Positions 8,843-19,284 are shown, numbered from the stretch's first letter. The stretch is 64,000 nt of DNA from Thermomicrobiales bacterium (GCA_035708745.1 DASTFJ010000158.1:53641-117640); one strand, 5' to 3'. Notes: a model not told the origin generated them from the sequence alone. Translations and numbers: made by a program.

Positions 8843-9070
8843 TCAGTGCCGTGAGATGTATACCCCCACGATCAGGACAATGACCATCAGGACGATACCG
8901 CCGAGTGCCACACCGCCGATGGCCATGACCGAATATCGCTCCGTGCGCGTCGGCTCTCGCACGGTCGGTTGTTCGATTACCGCGTCGGACCAGACGACCT
9001 CCGAGCCGGGGCGATCGTCGGTTTCGACCAGAAACGCAGTGAACCAGGGCCGGTTCGTCTCCTCACCCAC
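8843..9070 (-). CDS. Tail-anchored hypothetical mini-protein (75 aa)
   Basis: The ORF sits exactly between the GT4 stop (9071) and moxR. It has a C-terminal TM (VMAIGGVALGGIVLMVIVLIVGVYI). No family recognised. Confidence 0.45.
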   Translation of the reverse strand: MGEETNRPWFTAFLVETDDRPGSEVVWSDAVIEQPTVREPTRTERYSVMAIGGVALGGIVLMVIVLIVGVYISRH

Positions 9071-10195
9071 CTATCCGAACTCCTGCAATCGTTGTGCGAC
9101 GATCGCCGCGCTCTCCGTCCAACCGAATTGCCGCGCTCGATCCATGCGTGACGTTCGAACTTCTTCAGCGTTCGACAATGAGAGCGCACGATCGAGCAAT
9201 CCGGCTAGCTTGGCAGGATCGGCAGGGTCGAAGTAGTTTGCAGCGTCACCGCCCACCTCTCGAAACACCGGCAAATTGGCGGCCACAACTGGAGTGCCCG
9301 TCGCGAGCGCTTCGACAACCGGCAGACCGAATCCCTCGTAACGTGATGGATAGACGACGGCTGCCGCTGAGGCCATCAAACCCGGCAGGGCATCATCTGG
9401 CACAAACCCAAGCCGGACGACTCGGCCGCTCAACCCCAGTTCATCCACCCGTCCCAGAATCGACGGTGCATCACAGCCGGCACGGCCAACCAGGGCGAGT
9501 TGAGTAAACGGAGGAAGCATCGCCAATGCCTCGAACAGGACCGGAAGGTTCTTGCGCGGTTCGATCGTTCCGACTGACAGGAAGAACGGCCGCCGGAGGC
9601 CAAATGTGACGAGTGCATCATCGCCGAAGGGCTCCGCCCGATGAAAGTGAGCCGCGGCAGCATTCGGCGCGACGACGACACGATCGGACGGGACCGCGAA
9701 TTGCTGGACGATTTCTTCGCGAATCGCATTGGACACCGTGAATACCGTCGATGCTGCGCGAATGGAACGTTCGACAACCGGCGTCAGAAATCGCGCCAGT
9801 GACTCGGGCGTTTGGGCTTCGGGGTGCAGCCAGGCGAGGTCGTGCACTGTGACATGTGTGCGGGAGTGTTTCGGCGCTGCCGCCGTAAAGTCAGGTGAAT
9901 ACACATCGGTGGGTGTTCCGAGTCGCAGTAATCGATGCAGTGGGACGTTCTGCCGCACGAACAGCCGGTCGACGTTCAGGCGCGAGATGGGCGATCGGCG
10001 CGCCGGCAGACTACTCCAGGGCGGCCGCTCCGGCAGCTGAGGATCGTGCGGAAGATTGTCCTCCGCGTACCAGAGCCGGGTCGTTCCCGCATCGACCATC
10101 GGAATGAGCTCGCGCGTCAGCTCGCGGGCATACCGCCCGATACCGGCACTTTGATTGACCGCCGCGCTGATATCGATCAGCAGATCTCTGCGCAT
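9071..10195 (-). CDS. Glycosyltransferase family 4 (GT-B, GT1-type)
   Basis: N-terminal IDISAAVNQSAGIGRYARELTREL and C-terminal [34 protein letters not shown] (E-X7-E region). Confidence 0.9.
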   Translation of the reverse strand: MRRDLLIDISAAVNQSAGIGRYARELTRELIPMVDAGTTRLWYAEDNLPHDPQLPERPPWSSLPARRSPISRLNVDRLFVRQNVPLHRLLRLGTPTDVYSPDFTAAAPKHSRTHVTVHDLAWLHPEAQTPESLARFLTPVVERSIRAASTVFTVSNAIREEIVQQFAVPSDRVVVAPNAAAAHFHRAEPFGDDALVTFGLRRPFFLSVGTIEPRKNLPVLFEALAMLPPFTQLALVGRAGCDAPSILGRVDELGLSGRVVRLGFVPDDALPGLMASAAAVVYPSRYEGFGLPVVEALATGTPVVAANLPVFREVGGDAANYFDPADPAKLAGLLDRALSLSNAEEVRTSRMDRARQFGWTESAAIVAQRLQEFG

Positions 10196-10198
10196 CAG

Positions 10199-11305
10199 CT
10201 AGTCATCCGCTGGTTTCGAACGCTGGTGGATGCCCCACTTGAGCATGTAGAGATAGACCGTTGCTCCCACCGCAATCAGCCCCCAGTAGGTAATGAGTCG
10301 ATCGAGCAAGGCCACCGACCCAGCCAGGTCGACTGGCACGTCCGCGAGCTTCAGCACCGACACGACAGCCACCTCGACGACCCCGAGACCAGCAGGCGTA
10401 AACGGGAGCGTGGTCAGCAACGCTGCCATCAGGCCAACGAAGATGGCCATCTCGAATCCCAGATGCACGTTCAGCGATTTTGCCACCAGATAAACACGGG
10501 ATGCCTCCAACCCCCAAATCACCACACTCATGACGGCGGGAACCGCGGGGCGACCGAGATTGACGAAAACGGACTCTTGCAGTGTCTGCCACTGATTTCG
10601 CCAGCGGATGGGCAGTTTGGCCTCGATGTGATTTCGCAAGACGAACAAGACGATCAGGCCAACGAGCGCTAACACCGAGAGCCCAATGCCCACGTAGAGC
10701 GCATTGCGCGCATCGGACGGTAAGTCGCCATGGAACGCAACTGCCGCCGATACTGCCAACATCAACACCAGCACGATCAGATCGATGACTCGTTCCGTGA
10801 GAACGGTTCCAAAGCCAATCGAATAGCGAATGCCGTCATCGACTTTGACGCGATAAATGCGATAGGCGTCCCCGAGCTTGGCCGGAAGGATGCAGTTGAA
10901 AAACCAGGACACGAGCAAAACGGCGGTCAGATAGCCGACTGGCGGTACAGTCGTTCCAGGAATATTTCCCGCGCCGGCCACCGCGAGCATCCAACGCCAT
11001 CGCGCTGCTCGCAACACGATCGTGGCGACGTAGACCGCGATAGCTGCGCCGAGCACCAGCAAATTCGCGGTGCGGATGTTGTCGACGACCGCCCCGAGAT
11101 CGAGATCCATTCGCTGGATGAAATAGACCAGGATCGCCAGGGCGAACGCGAACGACAGTAGGGTGCGCGGGCGCAGCAATCCTTTCGATAGCGCAGACGG
11201 TTTCCCGATCGGCGGGTCATTTTCGTTCGGATCGGGGATGTGAGCACCCTCGGACTCCGGGGGTTGGGGTACGTCCACTTCGACGAGCTCCGTATCGGCG
11301 CTCAT
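10199..11305 (-). CDS. UPF0104 / lysyl-PG-synthase-TM-like (flippase-like) membrane protein
   Basis: Multi-TM protein with LLVLGAAIAVYVATIVLRAARWRWML, characteristic of the PF03706-type family. ATG 11305 directly follows the upstream stop at 11302-11304. Confidence 0.7.
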   Translation of the reverse strand: MSADTELVEVDVPQPPESEGAHIPDPNENDPPIGKPSALSKGLLRPRTLLSFAFALAILVYFIQRMDLDLGAVVDNIRTANLLVLGAAIAVYVATIVLRAARWRWMLAVAGAGNIPGTTVPPVGYLTAVLLVSWFFNCILPAKLGDAYRIYRVKVDDGIRYSIGFGTVLTERVIDLIVLVLMLAVSAAVAFHGDLPSDARNALYVGIGLSVLALVGLIVLFVLRNHIEAKLPIRWRNQWQTLQESVFVNLGRPAVPAVMSVVIWGLEASRVYLVAKSLNVHLGFEMAIFVGLMAALLTTLPFTPAGLGVVEVAVVSVLKLADVPVDLAGSVALLDRLITYWGLIAVGATVYLYMLKWGIHQRSKPADD

Positions 11306-12735
11306 ACGTTTCGCTCGCGATCGTTCCAGGCTTCGGTCCCAATGGCAATAGCCATCGCCCAAACGACCACGAGCTGTAAATTCAGACTCAGCACGTGGAC
11401 GTATTCGAAGACGGCATGCGTTCCAGTTGCTGCGGTGATCCCCGCGGCGCCGATGAGCAGCGCCAATCGTGAGCCCTCGGGTAAAATACGAATCGTTCGC
11501 ACGATGATGAGTGAAACCCCCAAGAGCATGGCAATATACGCCGTCAAACCCACGACACCGGATTGTGCGAGAAAATGCAGGTAGGTATTATGCGCGTGCC
11601 CCCGACCAATGCGAAATCGCCATTCCTGGGTGAAGCCCCGATAGTTCAGATCGAAATTACCGGCGCCCACGCCAACAAACGGATGGGCTTTCGCCATCTC
11701 CACCGCCGCCGTCCAGTGTGACAGGCGTTCCTGCACCGCGAAATTAGCGGGCGTCACCAGCGTTTCCTCATTGGCGAAGGTTTTCACGCCGGCCGCCACG
11801 ATCGCGATCGAAATGGTGAGAACTGCGACTGCCACGATCAGACCAATAGGTGCCAGTCGGACGATCGTGAGCCGAAAACTTGGTCGTACCAGCGCCAGCA
11901 CGATCGCCACACCCGCGACCATGCCGACGAGGCCGCCGCGCGATTGTGAGAGCAGTAGGCCGAGCCACGCGGCGCTGCATCCGAGCAGCCAGAGCGGCCG
12001 TAACCGCGGAGAGAGAAACCAACGGCGGTCGGTACGAAGCCGCCCGGGCGGTCCGATCAGCAGCGCGAGAAAGAGTGGGGCGGTCAATTCGAGGTAGATC
12101 GCAAGCTGGTTCGGGTGCGTGAACGGGCCGTAGGCGCGCAAAATTCCGCGCACCTCGAAGGATTCCGGCCCGACGCTGAAGATAACTTGCCAGAGCGCCA
12201 GGGCCACCGACCCCAGTACGCCCAACAAGGTCCCCAGCAAGAATGGGAGCGGCGATCCTCCGCGGCGATACGAGTTGAATGCAAAACAGGAAACAATCGC
12301 AGTCGCAAGCCAGCGGTAGGTCTCACCCAGCCAGAGGCCTCCATCGCGTGCGTTCCAGACGGAGAGAACCAGCGCCGCGACCAGAACGCAAAGCGAGACT
12401 GTCACGAAGTCGATGAGCACGCGCTGGCGCACGCGCAATAACGAAATACTCCAGCCCGCCAGCAGCGACCAGATTGCAACCTTCGTCAACGTCACAGAGC
12501 TGGTCTGGATGCCGACCTCGAAGAACGTCTGCATCGGCAGCGTGATCGCCAGCAGTCCCAACCCCCAATCCTGATGACGCATACCGAGCCAGAAGGAAAT
12601 GACTACCATCAACACGAGTCCGGTGGTCTGCCAGGCCAGCGACCCTACGAAAGTCCCAACCACCACCACAAGCGCACAGAGCAGGGGCGTGTTCGAGCCA
12701 AGACGCGGCATCGAGAAAGTCATGCGATCAGTCAT
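11302..12735 (-). CDS. O-antigen ligase/polymerase-like (Wzy_C) membrane protein
   Basis: More than 10 TM segments and a GHAHNTYLHFLAQSGVVGL motif. Start uncertain (12735, 12723 or 12777). Confidence 0.75.
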   Translation of the reverse strand: MTDRMTFSMPRLGSNTPLLCALVVVVGTFVGSLAWQTTGLVLMVVISFWLGMRHQDWGLGLLAITLPMQTFFEVGIQTSSVTLTKVAIWSLLAGWSISLLRVRQRVLIDFVTVSLCVLVAALVLSVWNARDGGLWLGETYRWLATAIVSCFAFNSYRRGGSPLPFLLGTLLGVLGSVALALWQVIFSVGPESFEVRGILRAYGPFTHPNQLAIYLELTAPLFLALLIGPPGRLRTDRRWFLSPRLRPLWLLGCSAAWLGLLLSQSRGGLVGMVAGVAIVLALVRPSFRLTIVRLAPIGLIVAVAVLTISIAIVAAGVKTFANEETLVTPANFAVQERLSHWTAAVEMAKAHPFVGVGAGNFDLNYRGFTQEWRFRIGRGHAHNTYLHFLAQSGVVGLTAYIAMLLGVSLIIVRTIRILPEGSRLALLIGAAGITAATGTHAVFEYVHVLSLNLQLVVVWAMAIAIGTEAWNDRERNV

Positions 12736-14095
12736 GTGTCGTGAGCGAATCAGGTCGTTCAGGCGCTGCCAGTGCAATCGCCAACCAGGTCGTTGCCGCC
12801 AGGTCCGCCAGGAAGTATCCGTTGTCGACCAGTCCGTGACCGAGACCGGCGCCCAGGCAGGCCAACGCCCCCAGCTGCCAGGGATCGAGATTCAACCGCC
12901 CTGTGCGCGCCATCGCGATCACCCAGGCTCCCACCAGCACGACGGCACACAAGAACGCAACCCCGGCGATTCCCAGGCTCAGCCAAGTGTCGAAGAGGAG
13001 ATTGTGCGGGTGCGAGACGTAGCGCTCGCTCCAAATGCGCGGATCGATATAGCGCTGCTGGTGCATCCAGAGAAACTGATCGAGTCCGATGCCGGAGATT
13101 GGGAAGTCCCTTACCATGTGCACGGCATCGGTCCAAAGATACCGTCTGGTTGAGACGATACCCGACGAGCCCGCGCCGGTGAAGCGGTCGGTTGCGAGCG
13201 CGCCGAACGCGACGGTCACGAGTCCCAACCCACCTGCGAGCAGCCTCCATCCGCGCCGAAATGGGTGAGCCAGCAGCACGACAACGAATCCAGCGGTCAG
13301 CCCAAGCAGCGCGCCGCGAGAGAACGTCGACCCGATTCCAGCTACGATGATGAGCGATAGCCCGAGCAGGAACCAGCGCGCTCTCCCCCGCAGGACGAGT
13401 CCCGGAATCAGCACCAGAAAGAGAGCGCGCTCCAGAAAGAGCGCCAGATTGTTCGGATGAAGATAGGTAGCGGTCGACCGGCGGACTTCATCGACGGAAA
13501 AGCTAGAACTCGAGTCGATCAATTGCCACAGTGCCGCGAGAGCGACGAACGCCGCGGGCGCCGAGATGGCCAATGCCAGCGGTGCCCGCCCGTGCCGGAC
13601 GATTGCCAACCTGGCGAGTGCGAAGAGCAACACCGGCTCGAAGATCACCCAACGCCAGGAACGCATCGCTTCGACCCGGTGGAAGTCGAATGGCATCCAC
13701 ACAAGCGAGAGTGTTCCCAACGCGAACAGGCCAACAGGCAACACTTGCAACTTGAGGGGCCCGAGGGCCTTCCGGAGCTCTGCATCGCTTCCGTGCGCTA
13801 TCTCGTACCCGATCCGAAGGGCGGTTCCAAACGCGGTAATCAGGACCCCGAGCTCCAGCAGTCCCAGGGTGAGCGTTCCGATGTGGATCGGGTGAAAAAT
13901 GAGCGGAATCGCGGCGCACGTCGCATAGAGCGCTCCCGTAGATGACGCTACGGCAAGGGGCACCGCTGCGACGATCGCCGCACCCGCGACGGGAGTACCA
14001 GAGCTGTGCCAGGCAACAATGCCGAGGAGTAGCATCGCGAACCAAACCGCGCCTGCTATTCGATCGAGGCCCAAATCCCAACGATCGGTCGACAT
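12728..14095 (-). CDS. O-antigen ligase/polymerase-like (Wzy_C) membrane protein, paralogue
   Basis: Multi-TM protein with SHPHNLLFDTWLSLGIAGVAFL. ATG 14095 overlaps the upstream stop (ATGA), so it is preferred over 14119. Confidence 0.75.
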   Translation of the reverse strand: MSTDRWDLGLDRIAGAVWFAMLLLGIVAWHSSGTPVAGAAIVAAVPLAVASSTGALYATCAAIPLIFHPIHIGTLTLGLLELGVLITAFGTALRIGYEIAHGSDAELRKALGPLKLQVLPVGLFALGTLSLVWMPFDFHRVEAMRSWRWVIFEPVLLFALARLAIVRHGRAPLALAISAPAAFVALAALWQLIDSSSSFSVDEVRRSTATYLHPNNLALFLERALFLVLIPGLVLRGRARWFLLGLSLIIVAGIGSTFSRGALLGLTAGFVVVLLAHPFRRGWRLLAGGLGLVTVAFGALATDRFTGAGSSGIVSTRRYLWTDAVHMVRDFPISGIGLDQFLWMHQQRYIDPRIWSERYVSHPHNLLFDTWLSLGIAGVAFLCAVVLVGAWVIAMARTGRLNLDPWQLGALACLGAGLGHGLVDNGYFLADLAATTWLAIALAAPERPDSLTTHD

Positions 14096-15900
14096 CAGGT
14101 GCGTGGCATGGGACGCCAATCCGGCATCGAGGGGAGCTGTGGCCCTTGAACCGAATCATCGCGCCGCCGCATGAGCCCCCCGCGCTCGGCGGCGATCATC
14201 GCGATCTCTCTCAGCGCGACGACGGCCATGGCGAGCGCGGTGAAGAGCGCGACCACCACCGGCCAGCGCAAGGGAGGATCGCGGGAGATGACCGCTCCCC
14301 CGATCGTCAGCTGACCCGGATCGGACATCGTCAACGAAAGCTTGTGCACCCCGTCCTCGAGATTCGACGCAAGTGTGACAGCAATGTCCTGCGCCTGGTA
14401 ATACGTGAGATCGATGGAGGACGCGCCATCTTCGTCCCCCCAATCGGGAAGCGGTTCTCCGTCGAGCGTGGCGCGGATCAGCCCGGCGTCGGGGCTGCGA
14501 CGAAGGTAGACGACGATTCCGGTCCCCTCGAAAGTGATGGTGGCATTCGCGCCCACCTCGCTGGTCGTCTTGAAGATCCGACCATCGAGGTGTTGATCGT
14601 TCCAGGCGCCCCCGTATGCGACGGGCCCGCTATCCATCGGAACGAAGCCGGTGGGAGCCACGCTCCCCACACCGAAATCGGAAAGCGCCGTGACTGCTTC
14701 GAAGGAAACGGTCGATGTGCCATCCTGATTCAAGAGCGCGCGCCCCTCGTTGCCGGCGCCGGCCTGCTGGGGAAGCAATGCCCACTGAAACACCGGTCCC
14801 GCCCATGGCCACTCGGTTCGGATCCGCTTGATCGCGGCAACGAGATATTCCGCTTGCTTTTCCCGATCGATCGACGACGACAAATTCCAGCCAAGGTGCG
14901 TAATCCAGACGGGTTTGGTCTCGTCTCCCTCGTCGATCATCGCCTCACGAAACAGCTCCGCGCGAGATAGACTCGGTTCGCTGGTGGAAACCCGCCGGTC
15001 GTAAGGAGACGTGTCGCCACCGTCGATCGCCACTGCCGCTGCATCGAAATACGGCGCGCCGCCGACGTCATAAACACCACGGAGAAACCGGAGATCGGCG
15101 CCGAGCGCTCCCGAGCCGTCGCGCTCAGCGAATTCGGCCAGGATCACCTGGGTCGACGCACTCGCGGTACGAATCGCATTGAACGCCGGGGCCAGCATTC
15201 CGACATATTGATCCGGCGTCGCTGCGACGCCTCCCCATTGTCCGGGATCGTTCGGCCGGTCCCACACCTGCACATAGTCGATATACGCGCCGTAACGGCC
15301 AACAAAGGCGGAAAGAAAGGCGGCAAAGTCGGTCGAATTTGCTGGAGCCGCGATCGCCCCTTCGATCGAACCTGGCTGGGCGGCCCAAACCGGTGCGCCC
15401 TCCACTACCGCGACAATTTGAATGCCGGCGTCATTCAGATTCCGCACGATCGGATCGTAGTGGTCCCAGACAAATTCTCCTTGGGCCCCTTCGATCTCGG
15501 ACCAGTCGAACTCTTGCCGGACGATACTGAAGCCATTGGAACGAAGTGTGGAGGCGATTGCTTCGATTTGGGCCTCCGTGAACGAGCGGAGATCCACATT
15601 TGTCGCCAATCCTCGACCAGAGACTTGCTGCACATACGGCGGATCAGCGCTCGTTTCGATACCCCGGTGAAGATAGACATCGGCGACCGCTGCACCGAGA
15701 GCGAGGATCAGGCTGAGCGACAGCAGCAGCATGGCCCGAATCAGCCGCCCAAAACTCCCTTCGACTCCTGGGTCGGTCACGATGGCGGCCGCAACGCGGC
15801 GTCGAATCGACCCGCCCCGGCGGGCCGGCGGCGATGCTGCCGGAGCTTCCGGCGTTGGCCGGTAGAATTGTTGGGACGAGTCGCTTCGTCGTTGCCGCAT
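14095..15900 (-). CDS. Membrane-anchored clan-A (TIM-barrel, GH5/GH39-like) glycoside-hydrolase-like protein
   Basis: Arg-rich N-terminus and a TM, then NGFSIVRQEFDWSEIE.., IDYVQVWDRPND and VILAEFAE, which resemble clan GH-A beta-4 and beta-7 motifs. A second TM lies near the C-terminus. Confidence 0.6.
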   Translation of the reverse strand: MRQRRSDSSQQFYRPTPEAPAASPPARRGGSIRRRVAAAIVTDPGVEGSFGRLIRAMLLLSLSLILALGAAVADVYLHRGIETSADPPYVQQVSGRGLATNVDLRSFTEAQIEAIASTLRSNGFSIVRQEFDWSEIEGAQGEFVWDHYDPIVRNLNDAGIQIVAVVEGAPVWAAQPGSIEGAIAAPANSTDFAAFLSAFVGRYGAYIDYVQVWDRPNDPGQWGGVAATPDQYVGMLAPAFNAIRTASASTQVILAEFAERDGSGALGADLRFLRGVYDVGGAPYFDAAAVAIDGGDTSPYDRRVSTSEPSLSRAELFREAMIDEGDETKPVWITHLGWNLSSSIDREKQAEYLVAAIKRIRTEWPWAGPVFQWALLPQQAGAGNEGRALLNQDGTSTVSFEAVTALSDFGVGSVAPTGFVPMDSGPVAYGGAWNDQHLDGRIFKTTSEVGANATITFEGTGIVVYLRRSPDAGLIRATLDGEPLPDWGDEDGASSIDLTYYQAQDIAVTLASNLEDGVHKLSLTMSDPGQLTIGGAVISRDPPLRWPVVVALFTALAMAVVALREIAMIAAERGGLMRRRDDSVQGPQLPSMPDWRPMPRT

Positions 15901-15970
15901 TCGATGACCGATCGAGGCCGTTCAGACAACTGCCGGCGGTCAAGAGTACAGGATTGGGAATCCGGTCCCT

Positions 15971-17896
15971 ATGATCAGCACAGAACGCCAGGCCAACGAG
16001 CTCTTCGATCGTTTGCGCGACGCCGCCCAGCCGGGAGAGCGACCGGCGACCGAAGTGCGGCTCCAATATCAATCGATAGGCGCGTTAGCCGCCCGGCAAA
16101 GCCTGTCACTTCAGGAAACGATGTCTGCCGCGTTGGTCGTTCTGCTGGAGGGAGCGGACCGGAATCCGGTTCTCACATCCGACTCGATCAGCATGGCGTT
16201 GTCCGCGATCGCGGATGGTTATTCTTCGGCGCAGCTCTCGCGTTTCCCGGTTGGTCCCGTTCGTGACACGATCGACTCTCCGCTCATCCGCCGGCTGAAT
16301 GCGCTTCACGGCATCAGCCGTGCAGCCACGATCACCACATCGTCGACCGAATATCTCCGTAAGAGCATAGACATCATTCGCGATGTCACCCGGGCAGATG
16401 CAATCACGGTCTTCGTCTTCGACCGGCCCACGAGTAGCTTGACGTTGGCCGGACAACATGGGTTCGATCCAGCTCTGGTCGGTACGATGACGATCCGAGG
16501 CGACCGGGGAATCATCGGGAAGGCCACATCCGACGGCAAAGCAGTTTTTGCCGGTCGCGTGCAGGAAAATCCGGATTGGTACCCGTCCCCCACTCTGCGC
16601 GACGGCGGGTACCAGGCGCAGGCGTCGATTCCGATGAAGCTTTCCAATCCGGATCGCATGGTGGGTGTCCTTTCGCTCTGGATGCGCGAACCCCAAACCT
16701 TCGACGAGGACGAGCGCGTCTTCTTGAAGGATGTCGCGGCCGAACTGGCGATCGGTGTGGAGTACACCCAGCTCCATTCCCTCACCGATGAGCGCTTGCG
16801 CCGCAAGATCATCGAGCTGGGAACACTGCAGCGCGTTTCACGAACGGTGGCGTCGGCGCTCGATCTGAACGATGTGCTGCGTTTTGTCAGCGAGTCGGCG
16901 GTGGAGCTCACCAATGCCGAGTCGGCCGCGGTCTTTCGCCTGCCAAGCCAGGGCAAGGAGGAAGAATCCTCGCCATTGGTCGAGTATCGCGTTGGCACCA
17001 CCCGGCAAGTCTCGAATCGGGAATCACGCGATGCGTTGCTAAGCGACGTGATCAACTCGGGCAGCGCGCGGGCCGTCGATATGGATTATGTCGACGGATC
17101 GAGCATTTTGTATTGCATGCCGCTCAGCTCTGCTCGTGAGCGTTGGGGGGCACTGTGCGTTCGACTCAAATCGGGCGTGGAAGTCACCGAAGACGATCTC
17201 GCACTGTTGCAAGCGTTCACCGATACCGCGTCGATCGCCATCGAAAACGCGGAGCTCTATGAGGAAGCCCGGCGGAGCGTGGAAACCGCCTCTACCCTGC
17301 TTCAGGAAATGCACCATCGGGTGCGAAACAACTTGCAAACGGTGGCCGCCCTCTTGTCATTGCAGCTCCGCCAGGTCGAAGGGGGCGAAGCCGAGCGGCA
17401 TTTGCAGGACGCGATCGGTCGCGTCCAGGCGATCGCATCGGTCCACGATTTGCTCAGTGACGAAACCCGCCTCAGTGGCGCGACGATCGACGCCATCGCC
17501 CGGCTGGTCGCGGACGAGCTGAAAGTGACGCTCATTCCACCGTCGACCAGCGTCGCCTTCACGATCGAGCCAACCGATGTCGCAGTTCCGACCCGGCAAG
17601 CGACCGTGCTCGCATTACTCTTCAACGAACTCATTTCCAATTCGATCGAACATGGCTTCGCCGGGCTGAATCACGGCCGGATCGCAATTCGCGCCTGGAG
17701 AACTGGCAACCTCATCACGATCGAGGTCGAAAACGACGGCGCTTCACTGCCGGCAGATTTCGACCCCAATGCCAAGTCTGGAATTGGATTACGTATCATT
17801 CAGCGAATGGTGGAATCGGATCTCAAGGGCGAGTTTTCGATCGACCGGTTTGCCGATCGGACCATTGCCCGCATGACATTCCCAGCGGCCGAATAG
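15971..17896 (+). CDS. GAF-GAF sensor histidine kinase (HisKA_2 + HATPase_c)
   Basis: Two GAF-like segments, the H-box EMHHRVRNNLQTVAALLSLQ (HisKA_2 type), then NELISNSIEHGF and GIGLRIIQRM. No adjacent response regulator. Confidence 0.85.
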   Translation: MISTERQANELFDRLRDAAQPGERPATEVRLQYQSIGALAARQSLSLQETMSAALVVLLEGADRNPVLTSDSISMALSAIADGYSSAQLSRFPVGPVRDTIDSPLIRRLNALHGISRAATITTSSTEYLRKSIDIIRDVTRADAITVFVFDRPTSSLTLAGQHGFDPALVGTMTIRGDRGIIGKATSDGKAVFAGRVQENPDWYPSPTLRDGGYQAQASIPMKLSNPDRMVGVLSLWMREPQTFDEDERVFLKDVAAELAIGVEYTQLHSLTDERLRRKIIELGTLQRVSRTVASALDLNDVLRFVSESAVELTNAESAAVFRLPSQGKEEESSPLVEYRVGTTRQVSNRESRDALLSDVINSGSARAVDMDYVDGSSILYCMPLSSARERWGALCVRLKSGVEVTEDDLALLQAFTDTASIAIENAELYEEARRSVETASTLLQEMHHRVRNNLQTVAALLSLQLRQVEGGEAERHLQDAIGRVQAIASVHDLLSDETRLSGATIDAIARLVADELKVTLIPPSTSVAFTIEPTDVAVPTRQATVLALLFNELISNSIEHGFAGLNHGRIAIRAWRTGNLITIEVENDGASLPADFDPNAKSGIGLRIIQRMVESDLKGEFSIDRFADRTIARMTFPAAE

Positions 17897-17940
17897 CCGC
17901 TGTCCAGGATCGCGGCGACTCTGGCTACAACGAGACGCAG

Positions 17941-19284
17941 CTAGTCCGAAACCGCGATTTTCTCCGGGGCGTTGGCGTACGCCTCGTCGAGGAAATCGGC
18001 GATATGGGTCACCTTGACGTTGGAACCCGCTTCCTGAAGGAGCGAGGCGATCTGGATCGCGCACCCCGGATTCGCGGTCACCACTTCGGTGGCGCCGGTC
18101 TCGAGAATGTGCCCGACCTTGCGCTCACCCAGCTTGCGCGCCATTTCCGGCCGGAGGATGTTGTAGATTCCGGCACTTCCGCAACAGAGTGACGATTCCC
18201 GCATTTCGACCAGATCGAGTCCGGGGATCGATTTCAGCAGCGTTCTCGGTTGCGCAGTGATCCGCTGGGCATGCGCGAGATGGCAGGCGTCCTGGTAAGT
18301 AACCTTCCGGCGTATCGGTCCGGGCGTTTCGCGGTTCTCCGAGGCAACATATTCGGAAAAGTCCTTCACGCGAGAGGCGAAGTCCTGGGCGCGTTTCGCG
18401 TAATTCGGATCGTCCTTGAGCAGATGCCCGTACTCCTTGAGCGTCGATCCGCAGCCGGCGGCGGTGACAACGATCGGGCGATCGGGCTCAGCCTCGAACG
18501 CGTCGATATTGGCGCGGGCCATATCGCGTGCGATGTCGAACATGCCGCTATGAACCTGGAGCGCCCCGCAGCAACCCTGACACGTCGGGACGTCCACATT
18601 CGCACCGTTTTGAGCCATGACCCGGCAAGCGGCGCGGTTGGTGTCGCCAAACGCCGTGCCCATGATGCAGCCATTGAAGAGCGACGCCGCCCGTTCCGGA
18701 TCGCGGGCCCGCCATTGTTCCTTGCCCGGTTTGAGTGGCTTGCCATGGGCGGCCGGCGCCATCTTTTCCATGTCGGAGAGGCCGAGCAACCGCAACGCAC
18801 CGGTCTTGCGGGCGACCTTTTGCAGCCCGGTCGATTGATAGAGAGCGGTCATGCGGGCGACAGCGCCCATCTTCCGCATATCGGAAAAGGTCCAGTCGAG
18901 CATCACCTTCCGCGCAATCCGCTGTTTTACCGGTCGCTGCAGTCGCTGCTCGATTTGATACCGGGAAGCTTCGACCAATGGACCGTATTGCACCCCGGAT
19001 GGGCAGACCGCCTCACATGCGCGGCAATTGAGGCACTGGTACATCTGCTCCTGGAAGAGCTCGTCGTCGACCGACAGTCGACCTTGCGAGACCGCGCTCA
19101 TCAGCCAGAGTCGGCCGCGCGGGGACGACATCTCCTGGCCGGTAATGCGATACGTAGGGCACGACGACAGGCACATGCCGCAGTGGACGCATGCTTTGAG
19201 CAGCTCAGGGTCTGGCGCATCGACGTCCGTGAAGCCCACGATCCCCCCCACGTTCTTCAGTTCGGCTGAGGTGGGAACAGACAT
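17941..19284 (-). CDS. glcF: Glycolate oxidase iron-sulfur subunit
   Basis: Two ferredoxin-type clusters (CVHCGMCLSSCP, CLNCRACEAVCP) plus C-terminal cysteine-rich CCG repeats (CCGSAG). Sits in a glcD-E-F arrangement. Confidence 0.88.
   Translation of the reverse strand: MSVPTSAELKNVGGIVGFTDVDAPDPELLKACVHCGMCLSSCPTYRITGQEMSSPRGRLWLMSAVSQGRLSVDDELFQEQMYQCLNCRACEAVCPSGVQYGPLVEASRYQIEQRLQRPVKQRIARKVMLDWTFSDMRKMGAVARMTALYQSTGLQKVARKTGALRLLGLSDMEKMAPAAHGKPLKPGKEQWRARDPERAASLFNGCIMGTAFGDTNRAACRVMAQNGANVDVPTCQGCCGALQVHSGMFDIARDMARANIDAFEAEPDRPIVVTAAGCGSTLKEYGHLLKDDPNYAKRAQDFASRVKDFSEYVASENRETPGPIRRKVTYQDACHLAHAQRITAQPRTLLKSIPGLDLVEMRESSLCCGSAGIYNILRPEMARKLGERKVGHILETGATEVVTANPGCAIQIASLLQEAGSNVKVTHIADFLDEAYANAPEKIAVSD

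Noticed and set aside
15208-16266. 352-aa plus-strand ORF
   Set aside because: It is antisense to the GH-like gene and crosses into the GAF-kinase gene in the wrong frame.
18250-19269. 339-aa plus-strand ORF
   Set aside because: Antisense shadow of glcF, with no motifs. The glcF frame carries the Fe-S and CCG cysteine patterns.
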